Shown one piece after another: positions 9,144-19,580 of a stretch of 64,000 nucleotides of DNA. Made by a program: the position numbers and the translations under genes. The stretch lies in the NCBI GenBank assembly GCA_013360195.1, contig JABWCQ010000002.1, positions 62,932 to 126,931 on the forward strand. Reading direction: 5' to 3'. Source of the DNA: a bacterium. Lineage in GTDB: Bacteria > Electryoneota > RPQS01. The notes beneath the pieces are model-generated. The model did not search any database, was not told the origin of the DNA, and saw only the letters and a list, made by a program, of their open reading frames with translations. The first letter of the stretch is position 1. The number at the start of each line of letters is the position of its first letter.

Positions 9144-11387
9144 ATGAACTTGCGGCGTGACGTTTCCCGTAATGACATTCCGTCGCTAGGCATCTTCATA
9201 TGCTCCCTTCTCGGAGCAGTATTGTCACTGTTCATTTGCGTCAGCATAGTAAAGTTGCTTGTACTGACGTCCGTGCTCGCGGTTTGCGGCTTATTGGGCT
9301 TAGTGTTCATTTCGTCAAGCAATGTCAGTCGATTTCTGGTCTATACGGCGATCGTTTTGACTGTAGTGTTGCGAGGTGTATCCTCACTTTCCAGAGACGA
9401 AAGGACACATTTTAGTGAATCTATTTCTGACACCGCGACAGTCTCTTGTCGCGGTGTTGTGGCTTGGAAGGATGAATCATTTGGGGAATCATCTCATGGC
9501 AGAGTGTGGCTTGAATATGTGCAAATACGCACAGATACTGTATGCCTGAACCTGCAAAACACTCGCATTCGACTTCGAATACCAGAGCTTAATTCAGCGA
9601 CCATATCTGTTGGCGATGTAGTTGCTTTTCAAGGAATCCTGGAATCCGCCGCTTCAATTCAAAGTCGATCCGTGAAAGAGCTTTGCTGGTCATTAAGAGA
9701 AAAGCACATTGCGGAGGCAAGACTTAGCGATACGTTGTCACTTGTGGTTCTCCAGAGCAGCGGCGGCCTGCGTAGAATCGTGCATTCAGCGAGAGAGAAG
9801 ATCATTGACACACTTGAGCGCTTCCTGAAACCCGATGCGAGGGTAGTAGCCGGTGCATTATTGCTGGGATCCCGCGGCAGCTTCACACCAGAGTTTCGGC
9901 ACGACCTTCAAATGACCGGTCTCGCTCACCTATTCGCATTGAGCGGACTTAATACAGGACTCCTTGTGTCCTTACTTTGGCTTGTACTTTCATGTCTAAG
10001 AATTCCAAGCAAACCAAGGTATCTGCTACTCCTCGGGATCTTAGCCTTCTATTGTATGCTCGGCCTGGGCGTGCCATCACTATTTCGATCCTCTTTGATG
10101 GCGGGCTTGGTAATTATTGCTCGTCTCCTTGCGAAGCCTAGTCATCCCATAAACCTCCTTTTATTCGCGGCAGCAGTTGAGCTGTTTGTGTGGCCACTGC
10201 ACGTTCTTGATGCCGGTTTTCATCTAAGCTATCTTTCTATGGCAGGCATACTTGCGGCGTACAGCAAGCTGAAAATCCCGTTGCAGAACTTGCTTAGATC
10301 CGAATCAAGCTCAATTCGCCGAAGAATCTCTGATATCTTAGCGGGAACTTTTGGGGCACAGTTTGCGACGGCACCTGTTGCGGCACTTTTTTTTCAGCAG
10401 GTCCCGGCGATCGCCGTGCTCGCAAATGTAGTCGCAATACCACTCTTTTCATTGCTAATAGTATTAACAATTACGCTACTATTATTCGCAAGTATAATTC
10501 CCTACCTCGCCATTGTCCTGGCTAGAACGATCGAGCTTTTGGTGGACTTTCTAGGGATACTGGTCACTTCATCCGCAGAGCTTGTTGGTTCGAGCATATC
10601 AGTCATCTTGCCGACTTATACACACTTTCTTGCAGTTATTTTAGTAATTGCTGCGGTGTCATTCGCTCTGGCAGGGAGGACATACTGGACATTGGTGCTT
10701 GGCCTACTGACATTGAATCTGTTTCAATGGGCACCATTGCTTGAAACTAACGACGAAACAAAAGTGATTTCTTACGGTGACCGCTACAGCAATCTCTTGT
10801 TCGTTCAATCCGCGGGCAGCACGTGCTTGATCGGGTGCGGAAGTCAGTGGTCAGAGTCGAGGACAAGGGATTTTATCACAAATGAGCTTCGAAAGTGCGA
10901 AAGGAACAGTTTAGATATTTTGATTATTCCAACTAGATTTAGTAAAGATATCGGTGGTTCTGAAATTGTTATAGACGAATTTCGCCCTGGAGTCTTAGTA
11001 GATCTTGGTCATCCTGTCGAATCAAATAGTTCAGATGAACTTGATGCGGTTATTAGTTTGTCCAAAATACCATACAAGAGGGGAGAAACTGGTGATCAGT
11101 GGTCTACTGGCGATGTCAATTGTTTGGTAAATTACGTCGACAGGTCAGCAAAAGGCACCACATGGGAAATTAGCATAAGTGGCGGAAAAGCCAGTTTAAG
11201 AGTGTCAAATGACACAATAGCAGTTCGTGATTTAGAGAAGACACTTGACGACACTTCCGCGCTTGTGATCGGGTTTCCACCAGCAAAATCGATGCATGGT
11301 ATCTGGCATTTTACAGAAGCTGGATGGCAAAGGCGTGATTCCCGTTCTTATGCCTTGATGAACGCATTTCATTTACCTTTGACCTGA
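9144..11387 (+). CDS. comEC: DNA internalization competence protein ComEC/Rec2 (C-terminal metallo-beta-lactamase (MBL) domain appears degenerate)
   Basis: Competence-domain signature 'DLQMTGLAHLFALSGLNTGLL' and many TM helices; the C-terminal ~200 aa lack the HxHxDH motif. Confidence 0.8.
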   Translation: MNLRRDVSRNDIPSLGIFICSLLGAVLSLFICVSIVKLLVLTSVLAVCGLLGLVFISSSNVSRFLVYTAIVLTVVLRGVSSLSRDERTHFSESISDTATVSCRGVVAWKDESFGESSHGRVWLEYVQIRTDTVCLNLQNTRIRLRIPELNSATISVGDVVAFQGILESAASIQSRSVKELCWSLREKHIAEARLSDTLSLVVLQSSGGLRRIVHSAREKIIDTLERFLKPDARVVAGALLLGSRGSFTPEFRHDLQMTGLAHLFALSGLNTGLLVSLLWLVLSCLRIPSKPRYLLLLGILAFYCMLGLGVPSLFRSSLMAGLVIIARLLAKPSHPINLLLFAAAVELFVWPLHVLDAGFHLSYLSMAGILAAYSKLKIPLQNLLRSESSSIRRRISDILAGTFGAQFATAPVAALFFQQVPAIAVLANVVAIPLFSLLIVLTITLLLFASIIPYLAIVLARTIELLVDFLGILVTSSAELVGSSISVILPTYTHFLAVILVIAAVSFALAGRTYWTLVLGLLTLNLFQWAPLLETNDETKVISYGDRYSNLLFVQSAGSTCLIGCGSQWSESRTRDFITNELRKCERNSLDILIIPTRFSKDIGGSEIVIDEFRPGVLVDLGHPVESNSSDELDAVISLSKIPYKRGETGDQWSTGDVNCLVNYVDRSAKGTTWEISISGGKASLRVSNDTIAVRDLEKTLDDTSALVIGFPPAKSMHGIWHFTEAGWQRRDSRSYALMNAFHLPLT

Positions 11388-11388
11388 A

Positions 11389-12015
11389 ATGCAAGGCCAG
11401 AATCAAATCATGCTCTATTCTAAATGTGCCGTTGAGTTTGAATACATCAAGTCCGGGCATTTTACAATCATAGGCTGCGATGAAGCGGGTCGCGGCCCTT
11501 TGGCCGGGCCAGTTGTCGCAGCTGCGGTTGTATTCTCCGACTGTTCGACAATATGGAAATGCAGGGATTCCAAGTCGGTTTCACAGGCACGCAGAGAAGA
11601 AACCTATGAGGAGATAATCACGAATCTTTGTTACTCTTTCTCAATTGTCTCTTCAGCGGAGATTGATAACCTAAATATTAGAGTCGCATCACTTAAAGCG
11701 ATGTCAGATGCAGTTCGCAAGTTGGATGTGATACCGGATGCAATTCTAATAGATGGCAGAGATACGCTACCCGAATTTATTCAAAGCCATGCAATCGTAA
11801 AGGGTGATTCGAAAGTGTCGACGATTTCAGCTGCATCTATTGTTGCGAAGGTTATCCGGGATCGTTTGATGCTTGAGTATGATCGACAGTTTCCCGAATA
11901 TGGATTCGGGAGGCACTTCGGATATCCTACAGAGTTTCATAGAAAGGCGCTAATTAAGCATGGGCCGTGTCCGATTCACAGAAAGACTTTTAAAGGCGTT
12001 AAAGAGCTACTTTAA
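11389..12015 (+). CDS. rnhB: ribonuclease HII
   Basis: 'IGCDEAGRGPLAGPVVAAAVV', 'DSK', 'IVKGDSKVSTISAASIVAKV'. Confidence 0.9.
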   Translation: MQGQNQIMLYSKCAVEFEYIKSGHFTIIGCDEAGRGPLAGPVVAAAVVFSDCSTIWKCRDSKSVSQARREETYEEIITNLCYSFSIVSSAEIDNLNIRVASLKAMSDAVRKLDVIPDAILIDGRDTLPEFIQSHAIVKGDSKVSTISAASIVAKVIRDRLMLEYDRQFPEYGFGRHFGYPTEFHRKALIKHGPCPIHRKTFKGVKELL

Positions 12016-12391
12016 TCTTTCGCCAAGTAACGGCTCCGCACCAGACGTTGCGAAGCGCGGTCAATGCGGAGAAAACGCTGCGGTCCAGATGCTTCGTGGC
12101 AAAGGCTACAAAATACTGCATAGAAACTGGCGTTGTCGTGTCGGTGAATTGGATATTATCGCCACTTTCAAGGGCGAACTGGTAATTGTCGAAGTAAAAT
12201 CAGCAGGAAAGGAATCAGAGTTTAAGCCTGAGTTTCGCGTTGGATTCAATAAGCAAAAGAGAATCAAGCGGCTTACCGGTATGTACATGCGATCTGAGCA
12301 CATCGACCTTCCCGTTCGATATGATATTGTGTCCGTCGTGTGGACAAAGGAAAGGATTCAAGTTGAGCACTTTGAGAATGCTTATCGTTAA
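11960..12391 (+). CDS. yraN: YraN-family endonuclease (UPF0102)
   Basis: 'GENAAVQMLRGKGYKILHRNWRCRVGELDIIA...LVIVEVK' PD-(D/E)xK-like YraN pattern; the true start is probably downstream of the 11960 ATG because it overlaps rnhB. Confidence 0.7.
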   Translation: MGRVRFTERLLKALKSYFNLSPSNGSAPDVAKRGQCGENAAVQMLRGKGYKILHRNWRCRVGELDIIATFKGELVIVEVKSAGKESEFKPEFRVGFNKQKRIKRLTGMYMRSEHIDLPVRYDIVSVVWTKERIQVEHFENAYR

Positions 12392-14081
12392 TTTCGCCTT
12401 CATATTTTTAACGGCAGCTCCGCCCGTTGCACTGTGCGGCCTGACAATTTCCGAAGTGATGTTTGATCCGCAAGGTGACGAATCTACTGACGAGTTCATA
12501 GAACTCTATAATGACAGCGCGCTTCCCGTAGACTTACGAGGATGGACAATCTCCGACGGCAGCGGGACTGACACACTTGCGGATGTCGGGCACGGATTAT
12601 TCGCAGGTCCTCGACAATTCGTCCTGGTTATAGACCCTGACTACATTACAGAAGGTAGCTTAACGTACGACGATTTAATCGATGAGTCTGCACTTGTCGT
12701 TTCATTAAGCGGATCAACATTTGGAAACAGAGGACTGTCAAACAGCAGTTCAGAAACGCTATCTTTGTATACGAATCTGGGCGTTCTCGAATCTTCGTAC
12801 GCATACACAATTGGAAATGTACCTGGTCACTCCGATGAGAAGATTCGGTTATCGGGTCCCAATGACTCTACTAACTGGGGCGATGGTGTTTCTCTTCACG
12901 GTACGCCAAGCAGGCGTAATAGTTTAACACCAGTGGATTTTGACTTGCAAGTGGGTTCGATCGAATCGATACCTGATTTTCCTGAGCCGCAATCTATATG
13001 CAGTGTTAATGTAGAGATCTTGAACTCAGGTCTATACCCGCTTTCAGGTGTTCTTTCGATACAAGTCGACACAGTACTGGAAGGCAGCTTTTTCACAATT
13101 CACGATTCCGAAACCGGAACAATTCAGCAGGCGGAAACCCTGTTAGTCCAAAGCAGGTTTATCATGCCTCTGTCAGGTCTGGCAATTGTCATGGCAGCTT
13201 TAGACCAGGAGGACGACAACGAAGCCAACAACTTTCTACTATCGACCGTGTCAAGCGAGTTCGTTGCGAATGGACTTTTATTCAGCGAACTTCAGGTATC
13301 ACCTTTACCCGGACGTGCGGAGTGGATTGAGCTCGTTGCAGCAGGTCCAATTGCTATTTCTACACGCGGTATGTCAATTGGAGACGGAGCTGCCTTTGCC
13401 GACGTGGACGAACGCATTGCCTTGCCTGAGTGGATCTTGGAATCGGGAAGTTTCGCAATAGTTAGCAACGACAGTTCTATTTTTCTGGAAAATATCCCGG
13501 TTGACGTTTCAGTTTTGGTAACCTCCGACGGAAACTTGACTCTTAACAACACGGGCGACTCGCTTGCGCTTTTTTCTCCATCTGGCAGTGTATCCGAAAG
13601 AGTAGACTATCGACAGAGTTGGCTTAGCAGTACATCCGGTGTGTCAATTGAGCGAATCTCAACAGCAGTCGACGCGAACTTGGCGTCAAACTGGTCGAAT
13701 TGTGTTGACGCTGCTGGCTCGACTCCTGGAAGAGAGAATTCACAGAGCTTACAAGTTGGCGAAAGCGGAACGACTTTTTCGATCGCACCTATTATTTTTA
13801 CACCAAATGGGGACGGAATCGACGATGTTGTACTGTTTCGGTACGAGACTGATCCATTCACGTCAGAATGTGAGGCACGGATTTTCGACGCGCGAGGACG
13901 GGAAATCAACCGGGTCAAGTTACAGAACAATGGGTCGGAACTCACAGCTATTTGGGATGGCCGACGTGAGAACGGTGAAACAGCGAATACTGGGCGGTAC
14001 ATAGTGCTTCTTGAGGCGAGCGACGGAAAAGGAGGCACACGCCGCGAACGCCTTACTGGAATTCTTGCTAGACCAAGATGA
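12378..14081 (+). CDS. secreted lamin-tail-domain (LTD) protein with a C-terminal T9SS-type sorting domain
   Basis: Signal peptide 'MLIVNFAFIFLTAAPPVALC'; LTD signature 'ISEVMFDPQGDESTDEFIELYN' and a second LTD-like copy 'LLFSELQVSPLPGRAEWIELV'; C-terminal ~90 aa 'FTPNGDGIDD...GRYIVLLEASDGKG' resembles a CTD/FlgD-Ig sorting domain. Confidence 0.55.
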   Translation: MLIVNFAFIFLTAAPPVALCGLTISEVMFDPQGDESTDEFIELYNDSALPVDLRGWTISDGSGTDTLADVGHGLFAGPRQFVLVIDPDYITEGSLTYDDLIDESALVVSLSGSTFGNRGLSNSSSETLSLYTNLGVLESSYAYTIGNVPGHSDEKIRLSGPNDSTNWGDGVSLHGTPSRRNSLTPVDFDLQVGSIESIPDFPEPQSICSVNVEILNSGLYPLSGVLSIQVDTVLEGSFFTIHDSETGTIQQAETLLVQSRFIMPLSGLAIVMAALDQEDDNEANNFLLSTVSSEFVANGLLFSELQVSPLPGRAEWIELVAAGPIAISTRGMSIGDGAAFADVDERIALPEWILESGSFAIVSNDSSIFLENIPVDVSVLVTSDGNLTLNNTGDSLALFSPSGSVSERVDYRQSWLSSTSGVSIERISTAVDANLASNWSNCVDAAGSTPGRENSQSLQVGESGTTFSIAPIIFTPNGDGIDDVVLFRYETDPFTSECEARIFDARGREINRVKLQNNGSELTAIWDGRRENGETANTGRYIVLLEASDGKGGTRRERLTGILARPR

Positions 14082-16075
14082 GACTCATACAGCTTCAAGG
14101 CGTCGGTGTATTTTTCCCCGGCAGAACGCTTTTCGCAGATATTGACTGGGCGATTTTCCGCAAGCAGCGTGTCGGCTTGGTAGGCGTGAACGGTGCAGGA
14201 AAGAGCACATTGCTGCGAATCATAGCTAACGAGTATACTCCTTCAACAGGGAGAGTTCAGATCACACGTGACACGTCTGCCGCGTACCTTCCGCAAAGCG
14301 GAGTCGCATTCAAGGACAGAACGTTGTTTAACGAGGCTTGGCTTGGAATGCCGGATATCCCACAACTGCAATTGAGCTTGAATGAGTGCCGACAAAGACT
14401 ATCAGAGTGTCCTGAAGACCATGATTTACTTGAACAAGTGGGGGTGTTGGAGCATCGATTTCACATGCTCGAAGGGTATCGTGCCGATTCCAAAGTTGCG
14501 TCGGTATTAACTGGACTTGGGTTTAGGGAATGTGATTTCGGCCGAAGAACTGAAGAATTCTCAGGTGGTTGGCAAATGCGAATCGCGCTTGCCAAGATTC
14601 TTCTTCAGGATCCTGATATCCTATTGCTTGACGAACCGACGAACCACCTAGATCTCGAAACTGTTATATGGCTCGAAACGTATTTGCGAAGTTTTGAGGG
14701 TGCCGTTGTCCTGGTTAGTCATGATCGCGCTTTTCTTGACGGAATGGTTACCGAGATTGCAGAGCTTCAAGCCGGCAAACTGACCGTTTACCAAGGGAAT
14801 TACACCGAGTATGAAGCGGGGCGCTTGGAGCGTGAAGAGCAGATTTCAAAGGAGCAGGATAAGATTGACTCCGAGCGCAAGCACCTAGAGAAATTTGTTG
14901 AGAGATTCAGGTACAAGGCGAGCAAGGCTACGCAGGCACAAAGCAGACTAAAGCGACTGGAAAAACTGGAAGACATTGAAGGGCTTTCCAAGTCAAAGAG
15001 AATCAGCTTCAGGTTTCCCGAAGCAACACGTTCAGGGAACCGGGTACTTGAGTTAAAGAATGTCTGTAAATCGTACGGCGACTTGCGTGTCTTTGTAGAC
15101 GTCTCGTTAAGCGTGCGACGTGGAGAGCGGATTGCTCTCGTAGGCAATAATGGCACGGGAAAGTCAACTCTTTGTCGTCTAATCGCCGAGTTGGAATCGC
15201 CTACAAGCGGGGAAATACGTCTTGGCCACAATGTTTCTGTCGAGTTTTTTGCGCAGGAGGCGGAGTCTCGGCTCAATCGCGATTCCACAGTACTAGAGGA
15301 AGCCGAGGCAGACAACAGGACATTAACACAGCCGGAGCTGCGGGGCTTACTTGGGGCCTTCTTGTTTCAAGGCGATGACGTTTACAAGCGTGTGGGAGTC
15401 CTTTCCGGCGGCGAAAAGTCGCGGCTCGCTCTTGCTAAGCTTTTGCTTCGTCCTGCGAACTTCATAATACTCGATGAACCAACAAATCATCTTGACATGG
15501 CGTCTCAAGACGTGCTTCTCGATGCGCTTTCAAACTACGGTGGAACGCTTATCGTTGTCAGTCACGATCGTCACTTCTTGGACAAACTGGTGGATCGCGT
15601 AGTGGAACTTGAGGACGGTGCTGCAAAGGACTGGCCAGGCACCTTCAGTGAATTCATGGCAAGAAAAGGTCATTTAACGGATGCGAGCAGTGTTCAGCAG
15701 TATGAAGGCAAGGAGCAGACGCAGCACCTCGAGATCACGGCCAATGCACGGGCAAAGGACATAAGGCGAGCAGAGGCTGAGATTCGCAACAGATATTCAG
15801 CAAAGATAAATGCTGTCAGAGAAATCTGCCGCAGTTCGGAATCCAGAATAATTGAGCTGGAATCTCGTCAGAAGTGCATTGAAGAAATGCTTAGTGACAA
15901 GTCGTTTTATGAAGCACCCTCTTCCTCGGGAAGTGTGTTAGCCGAGTATAAGTCTTTGAGGGAAGAGCTCCAGATGCAGTTCGAGCGCTGGCAGGAGGCA
16001 GAGCAAGAGCTTGCTGCGCTCGAAGATTATAAAAATCAAGAGCTTAAAAATGTGCGTGGGACTTGTGAGACTTGA
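14078..16075 (+). CDS. ABC-F family ATPase (Uup/YheS-like, two ABC domains and a C-terminal coiled coil)
   Basis: Two Walker A sites 'GVNGAGKST' and 'GNNGTGKST', two signature motifs 'FSGGWQMR' and 'LSGGEKSR', no TM domain, charged coiled-coil tail. Confidence 0.85.
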   Translation: MRLIQLQGVGVFFPGRTLFADIDWAIFRKQRVGLVGVNGAGKSTLLRIIANEYTPSTGRVQITRDTSAAYLPQSGVAFKDRTLFNEAWLGMPDIPQLQLSLNECRQRLSECPEDHDLLEQVGVLEHRFHMLEGYRADSKVASVLTGLGFRECDFGRRTEEFSGGWQMRIALAKILLQDPDILLLDEPTNHLDLETVIWLETYLRSFEGAVVLVSHDRAFLDGMVTEIAELQAGKLTVYQGNYTEYEAGRLEREEQISKEQDKIDSERKHLEKFVERFRYKASKATQAQSRLKRLEKLEDIEGLSKSKRISFRFPEATRSGNRVLELKNVCKSYGDLRVFVDVSLSVRRGERIALVGNNGTGKSTLCRLIAELESPTSGEIRLGHNVSVEFFAQEAESRLNRDSTVLEEAEADNRTLTQPELRGLLGAFLFQGDDVYKRVGVLSGGEKSRLALAKLLLRPANFIILDEPTNHLDMASQDVLLDALSNYGGTLIVVSHDRHFLDKLVDRVVELEDGAAKDWPGTFSEFMARKGHLTDASSVQQYEGKEQTQHLEITANARAKDIRRAEAEIRNRYSAKINAVREICRSSESRIIELESRQKCIEEMLSDKSFYEAPSSSGSVLAEYKSLREELQMQFERWQEAEQELAALEDYKNQELKNVRGTCET

Positions 16076-16129
16076 CAATGCCCGAGAACGGTGCTATATT
16101 AAATATTTACCACAACTAAAGCCGGTAGC

Positions 16130-17089
16130 ATGGCAAGAGCGGAAGAATCACGGATAGCCGTCGTTGCGTTGGGCGGAAATGCAATCTCGTCGCCCGACGA
16201 AGAAGATACAATTGCAAATCAATTCAGACATTCAAGGAGCGCTCTCAAAGGGGTTGCCGAATTGCTCCACAGAGGATACCGCTTGGCCGTGACTCATGGA
16301 AACGGACCGCAAGTGGGTAACGCATTGTTAAGAGTTGAGTTGTCTGCCGGGCGGGCTCCTGAACTTCCTCTCGGGGTGATTGTAGCAGATACAGAGGGTG
16401 GAATGGGGTACATGATTGAGCAGTGCCTTCAAAACGTATTCCTCCGCTGCGGATATGGTCAAATTGAGGTTGTTACGATTGTCTCTCAAGTATTAGTTGA
16501 CCCCTCAGATCCAGCTTTGGCGAATCCAACCAAGTTTGTAGGACAATTTTATTCTGAAGAAGAAGCAAATTTGAAAACAAGCCAAGGTTGGATTGTGAAG
16601 AAATCCGGGCAAAGGGGTTACCGCCGAGTAGTGGGCAGTCCAATGCCACTTGAAATTCTAAATCGAAACGTAATTCGTGAACTGGTCCACAGCGGTAAGG
16701 TCGTAATTGCCGCTGGCGGCGGCGGTATTCCTGTTTATCGCGAGCCGGATGGGTGGCTTGAGGGAGTTGACGCAGTTATCGACAAGGATCGTGCATCCGC
16801 AGTTCTGGCCCGGGATATTCAGGCGCAGGACCTTTTTATTGTTACCGCTGCTGAGTACGTTTCGCTCAATTACGGTAGTACAGAGCAGCAAGACTTGACG
16901 CAGCTTACTGCAGATGAAGCACAGCGATATTACAATGAGGGACACTTCCCGGACGGCAGCATGGGGCCGAAAGTAGAAGCCGCGATAAAGTTTCTGCGCG
17001 AGGGCGGCGAACGAGTACTGATTTGTGACTTGGACAAATTTGTTGAAAGTCTAGATGGGAAATCCGGCACTTGGATCTATCCCAATTGA
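16130..17089 (+). CDS. arcC: carbamate kinase
   Basis: 'RIAVVALGGNAI', 'VTHGNGPQVG', 'IAAGGGGIPV' amino-acid-kinase-fold motifs; ~319 aa. Confidence 0.8.
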   Translation: MARAEESRIAVVALGGNAISSPDEEDTIANQFRHSRSALKGVAELLHRGYRLAVTHGNGPQVGNALLRVELSAGRAPELPLGVIVADTEGGMGYMIEQCLQNVFLRCGYGQIEVVTIVSQVLVDPSDPALANPTKFVGQFYSEEEANLKTSQGWIVKKSGQRGYRRVVGSPMPLEILNRNVIRELVHSGKVVIAAGGGGIPVYREPDGWLEGVDAVIDKDRASAVLARDIQAQDLFIVTAAEYVSLNYGSTEQQDLTQLTADEAQRYYNEGHFPDGSMGPKVEAAIKFLREGGERVLICDLDKFVESLDGKSGTWIYPN

Positions 17090-17110
17090 AATACAAACTG
17101 ATATTAGCTA

Positions 17111-18274
17111 ATGAAGATTCACGAGTATCAAGCGAAGAAGATCCTTTCGAGCTACGGTGTGCCTGTGCCTCAAGGATTTCCGGCATTTACAGTCGATGAG
17201 GCACAGAAAGCAGGGCTCTCTCTTGGGAGTTTTCCAGTAGTAGTAAAAGCACAAATTCATGCTGGCGGAAGAGGCAAAGGCGGTGGTGTTAAGCTTGCGA
17301 AAAGTCCGGAGGAATTGAGGAACTATGCCGCCCAGATTCTCGGCATGCAACTCGTAACACATCAAACAGGTCCCAAGGGGCAAAAGGTTCAGAGACTGCT
17401 TATTGAGCAAGGCATGAAGATTGACCGAGAGTTCTATGCAGGAATTCTCCTCGATCGTGCACAGTCCAAGGATGTGTTCATGGTGTCTACTGAAGGTGGG
17501 ATGGACATTGAAGAGGTGGCGGCAAGGGCGCCTGATAAAATTGTCAAGGTCACTATTGATCCAGTCTCTGGTTTTCAACCTTTCCATGCGCGACGGCTTG
17601 CGTTTGCCCTGGGCTTAAGTGGCGCGGCGATGAAGGCCGCAATCTCATGTTTTGAAAAGTTATACAAGGCTTATTGTTCGGCAGATTGCAGTTTAGTGGA
17701 GATTAATCCGCTTATACTATCAGGTGACCAGATCGTTGCGCTGGACGCAAAGGTAACGTTTGATGATAACGCTCTTGACCGCCATCCTGAGTATGCGGAG
17801 TTAAGGGACTTAGCCGAGGAAGATCCCGCTGAAATAGAGGCTTCAAAGTCCAACTTGAATTTCATCAAACTGGACGGAAACATTGGGTGCATGGTCAATG
17901 GCGCAGGTCTCGCGATGGCGACCATGGATATCATAAAATTGCACGGCGGAGAACCTGCAAATTTCCTTGATGTAGGCGGCGGCGCAAACGCCCAATCAGT
18001 ATCCGCGGCGTTCAAAATAATTCTAACTGACAAGAATGTCAAAGCCATCCTCATAAACATTTTCGGTGGAATCGTTCGTTGTGACCGGGTTGCGGCAGGA
18101 GTCATTGAGGCAACCAAATCGGAGCATGTTCACGTGCCAGTTGTAGTGAGGCTTGAAGGCAACAACTCAGATGTCGCTCAGAAAATGTTGTCGGAGTCAG
18201 GACTAAACTTGCTGGCCGCAAAGGACTTGACCGATGCAGCAATGAAAGCCTGCTCGGCGGTGAAAGGTATATAG
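17111..18274 (+). CDS. sucC: succinate--CoA ligase beta subunit
   Basis: '[20 protein letters not shown]', ATP-grasp, '[22 protein letters not shown]'. Confidence 0.95.
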   Translation: MKIHEYQAKKILSSYGVPVPQGFPAFTVDEAQKAGLSLGSFPVVVKAQIHAGGRGKGGGVKLAKSPEELRNYAAQILGMQLVTHQTGPKGQKVQRLLIEQGMKIDREFYAGILLDRAQSKDVFMVSTEGGMDIEEVAARAPDKIVKVTIDPVSGFQPFHARRLAFALGLSGAAMKAAISCFEKLYKAYCSADCSLVEINPLILSGDQIVALDAKVTFDDNALDRHPEYAELRDLAEEDPAEIEASKSNLNFIKLDGNIGCMVNGAGLAMATMDIIKLHGGEPANFLDVGGGANAQSVSAAFKIILTDKNVKAILINIFGGIVRCDRVAAGVIEATKSEHVHVPVVVRLEGNNSDVAQKMLSESGLNLLAAKDLTDAAMKACSAVKGI

Positions 18275-18275
18275 A

Positions 18276-19151
18276 ATGAGCATTTTATTGAACAAGAATA
18301 CACGTGTGGTTGTGCAAGGAGTTACAGGTTCTGAAGGCTCCTTCCACACACAGCAAATGCTGGAATACAGTACATCGATCGTAGCAGGAGTGACTCCGGG
18401 CAAAGGCGGAACTGTTGTTAACGAACAAATTCCAGTGTATAATACGGTTCGAGAAGCGGTCGAAAGGGAGGGTGCAAATGCCTCCGTAATTTTTGTTCCT
18501 CCGTTGTTTGCAGCGGATGCGATTCTGGAGGCGATAGATGCTGGGCTTGGACTCGTGGTGGCAATCACTGAAGGAGTGCCGGTGCGCGATATGGTTACAG
18601 TGAAGCGTGCTCTGCATGGATCAAATACCAGACTCATAGGACCAAACTGCCCGGGAATCATAACGCCCGGCGTTGGGAAAATGGGGATAATGCCGGCATT
18701 TATTCATAAGGAAGGGAAATGCGGTCTGATATCACGAAGCGGTACCCTGACGTATGAGGCAGTTAAGCAGTTGAGTGACAGAAACATTGGTCAGTCAACG
18801 TGTGTGGGCATTGGCGGTGACCCCGTGCCTGGTACTAATTTCCTCGATGTACTTAAACTTTTCAATGCTGATTCGGAAACCAATGCTGTCGTAATGATCG
18901 GAGAGATTGGCGGTTCGGCGGAGGAAGAAGCAGCAGAATACATTAAGAGCGAGTTCAAGAAGCCAGTAGTAGGCTTCATTGCAGGGCAAACTGCTCCTCC
19001 CGGCCGCCGCATGGGTCATGCAGGTGCGATCATCGCTGGTGGCAAAGGCACAGCGAAAGAAAAGATCACGGCAATGGAGAGAGCCGGAATTCACATGTCT
19101 AGTTCACCAGCCGATATCGGCGCAACAATGGAAAAAGTACTTGGAAGGTAG
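18276..19151 (+). CDS. sucD: succinate--CoA ligase alpha subunit
   Basis: '[17 protein letters not shown]', '[10 protein letters not shown]', '[10 protein letters not shown]', catalytic His 'MGHAGAII'. Confidence 0.95.
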   Translation: MSILLNKNTRVVVQGVTGSEGSFHTQQMLEYSTSIVAGVTPGKGGTVVNEQIPVYNTVREAVEREGANASVIFVPPLFAADAILEAIDAGLGLVVAITEGVPVRDMVTVKRALHGSNTRLIGPNCPGIITPGVGKMGIMPAFIHKEGKCGLISRSGTLTYEAVKQLSDRNIGQSTCVGIGGDPVPGTNFLDVLKLFNADSETNAVVMIGEIGGSAEEEAAEYIKSEFKKPVVGFIAGQTAPPGRRMGHAGAIIAGGKGTAKEKITAMERAGIHMSSSPADIGATMEKVLGR

Positions 19152-19160
19152 TCTCTTCAA

Positions 19161-19562
19161 ATGATGGAACGTACGTTGATGATTATTAAGCCGGACGCTG
19201 TAGCGGCAAGGCATATTGGTGACATCGTTGCTCGGGTTGAGAAGGAAGGTTTTCAAATCACCGGTTTAAGGTATGTTCAGCTTACTGCGGACCAAGCCCA
19301 GGAGTTTTATGCAATTCACAAGGAGCGGCCGTTCTTCGCCGACCTGGTACGTTATATGACAAGCGGTCCTGTCGTGGTAGGCAGACTCGAACGTATTGAT
19401 GCTGTAAATCACTGGCGTACGGTCATAGGATCTACTGATCCGCAAAAAGCCGCTGATGGCACGATTAGAAAATTGTACGGAACAAGTATAGAGGCAAACG
19501 CTGTCCATGGTTCAGATTCACCGGAAAATGGAGTGCGTGAAACCGACTTCTTTTTCTTGTAA
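19161..19562 (+). CDS. ndk: nucleoside diphosphate kinase
   Basis: 'RTLMIIKPDAV', 'NAVHGSDS' active-site His. Confidence 0.9.
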   Translation: MMERTLMIIKPDAVAARHIGDIVARVEKEGFQITGLRYVQLTADQAQEFYAIHKERPFFADLVRYMTSGPVVVGRLERIDAVNHWRTVIGSTDPQKAADGTIRKLYGTSIEANAVHGSDSPENGVRETDFFFL

Positions 19563-19580
19563 TTATCTCTAACTTAGTCA

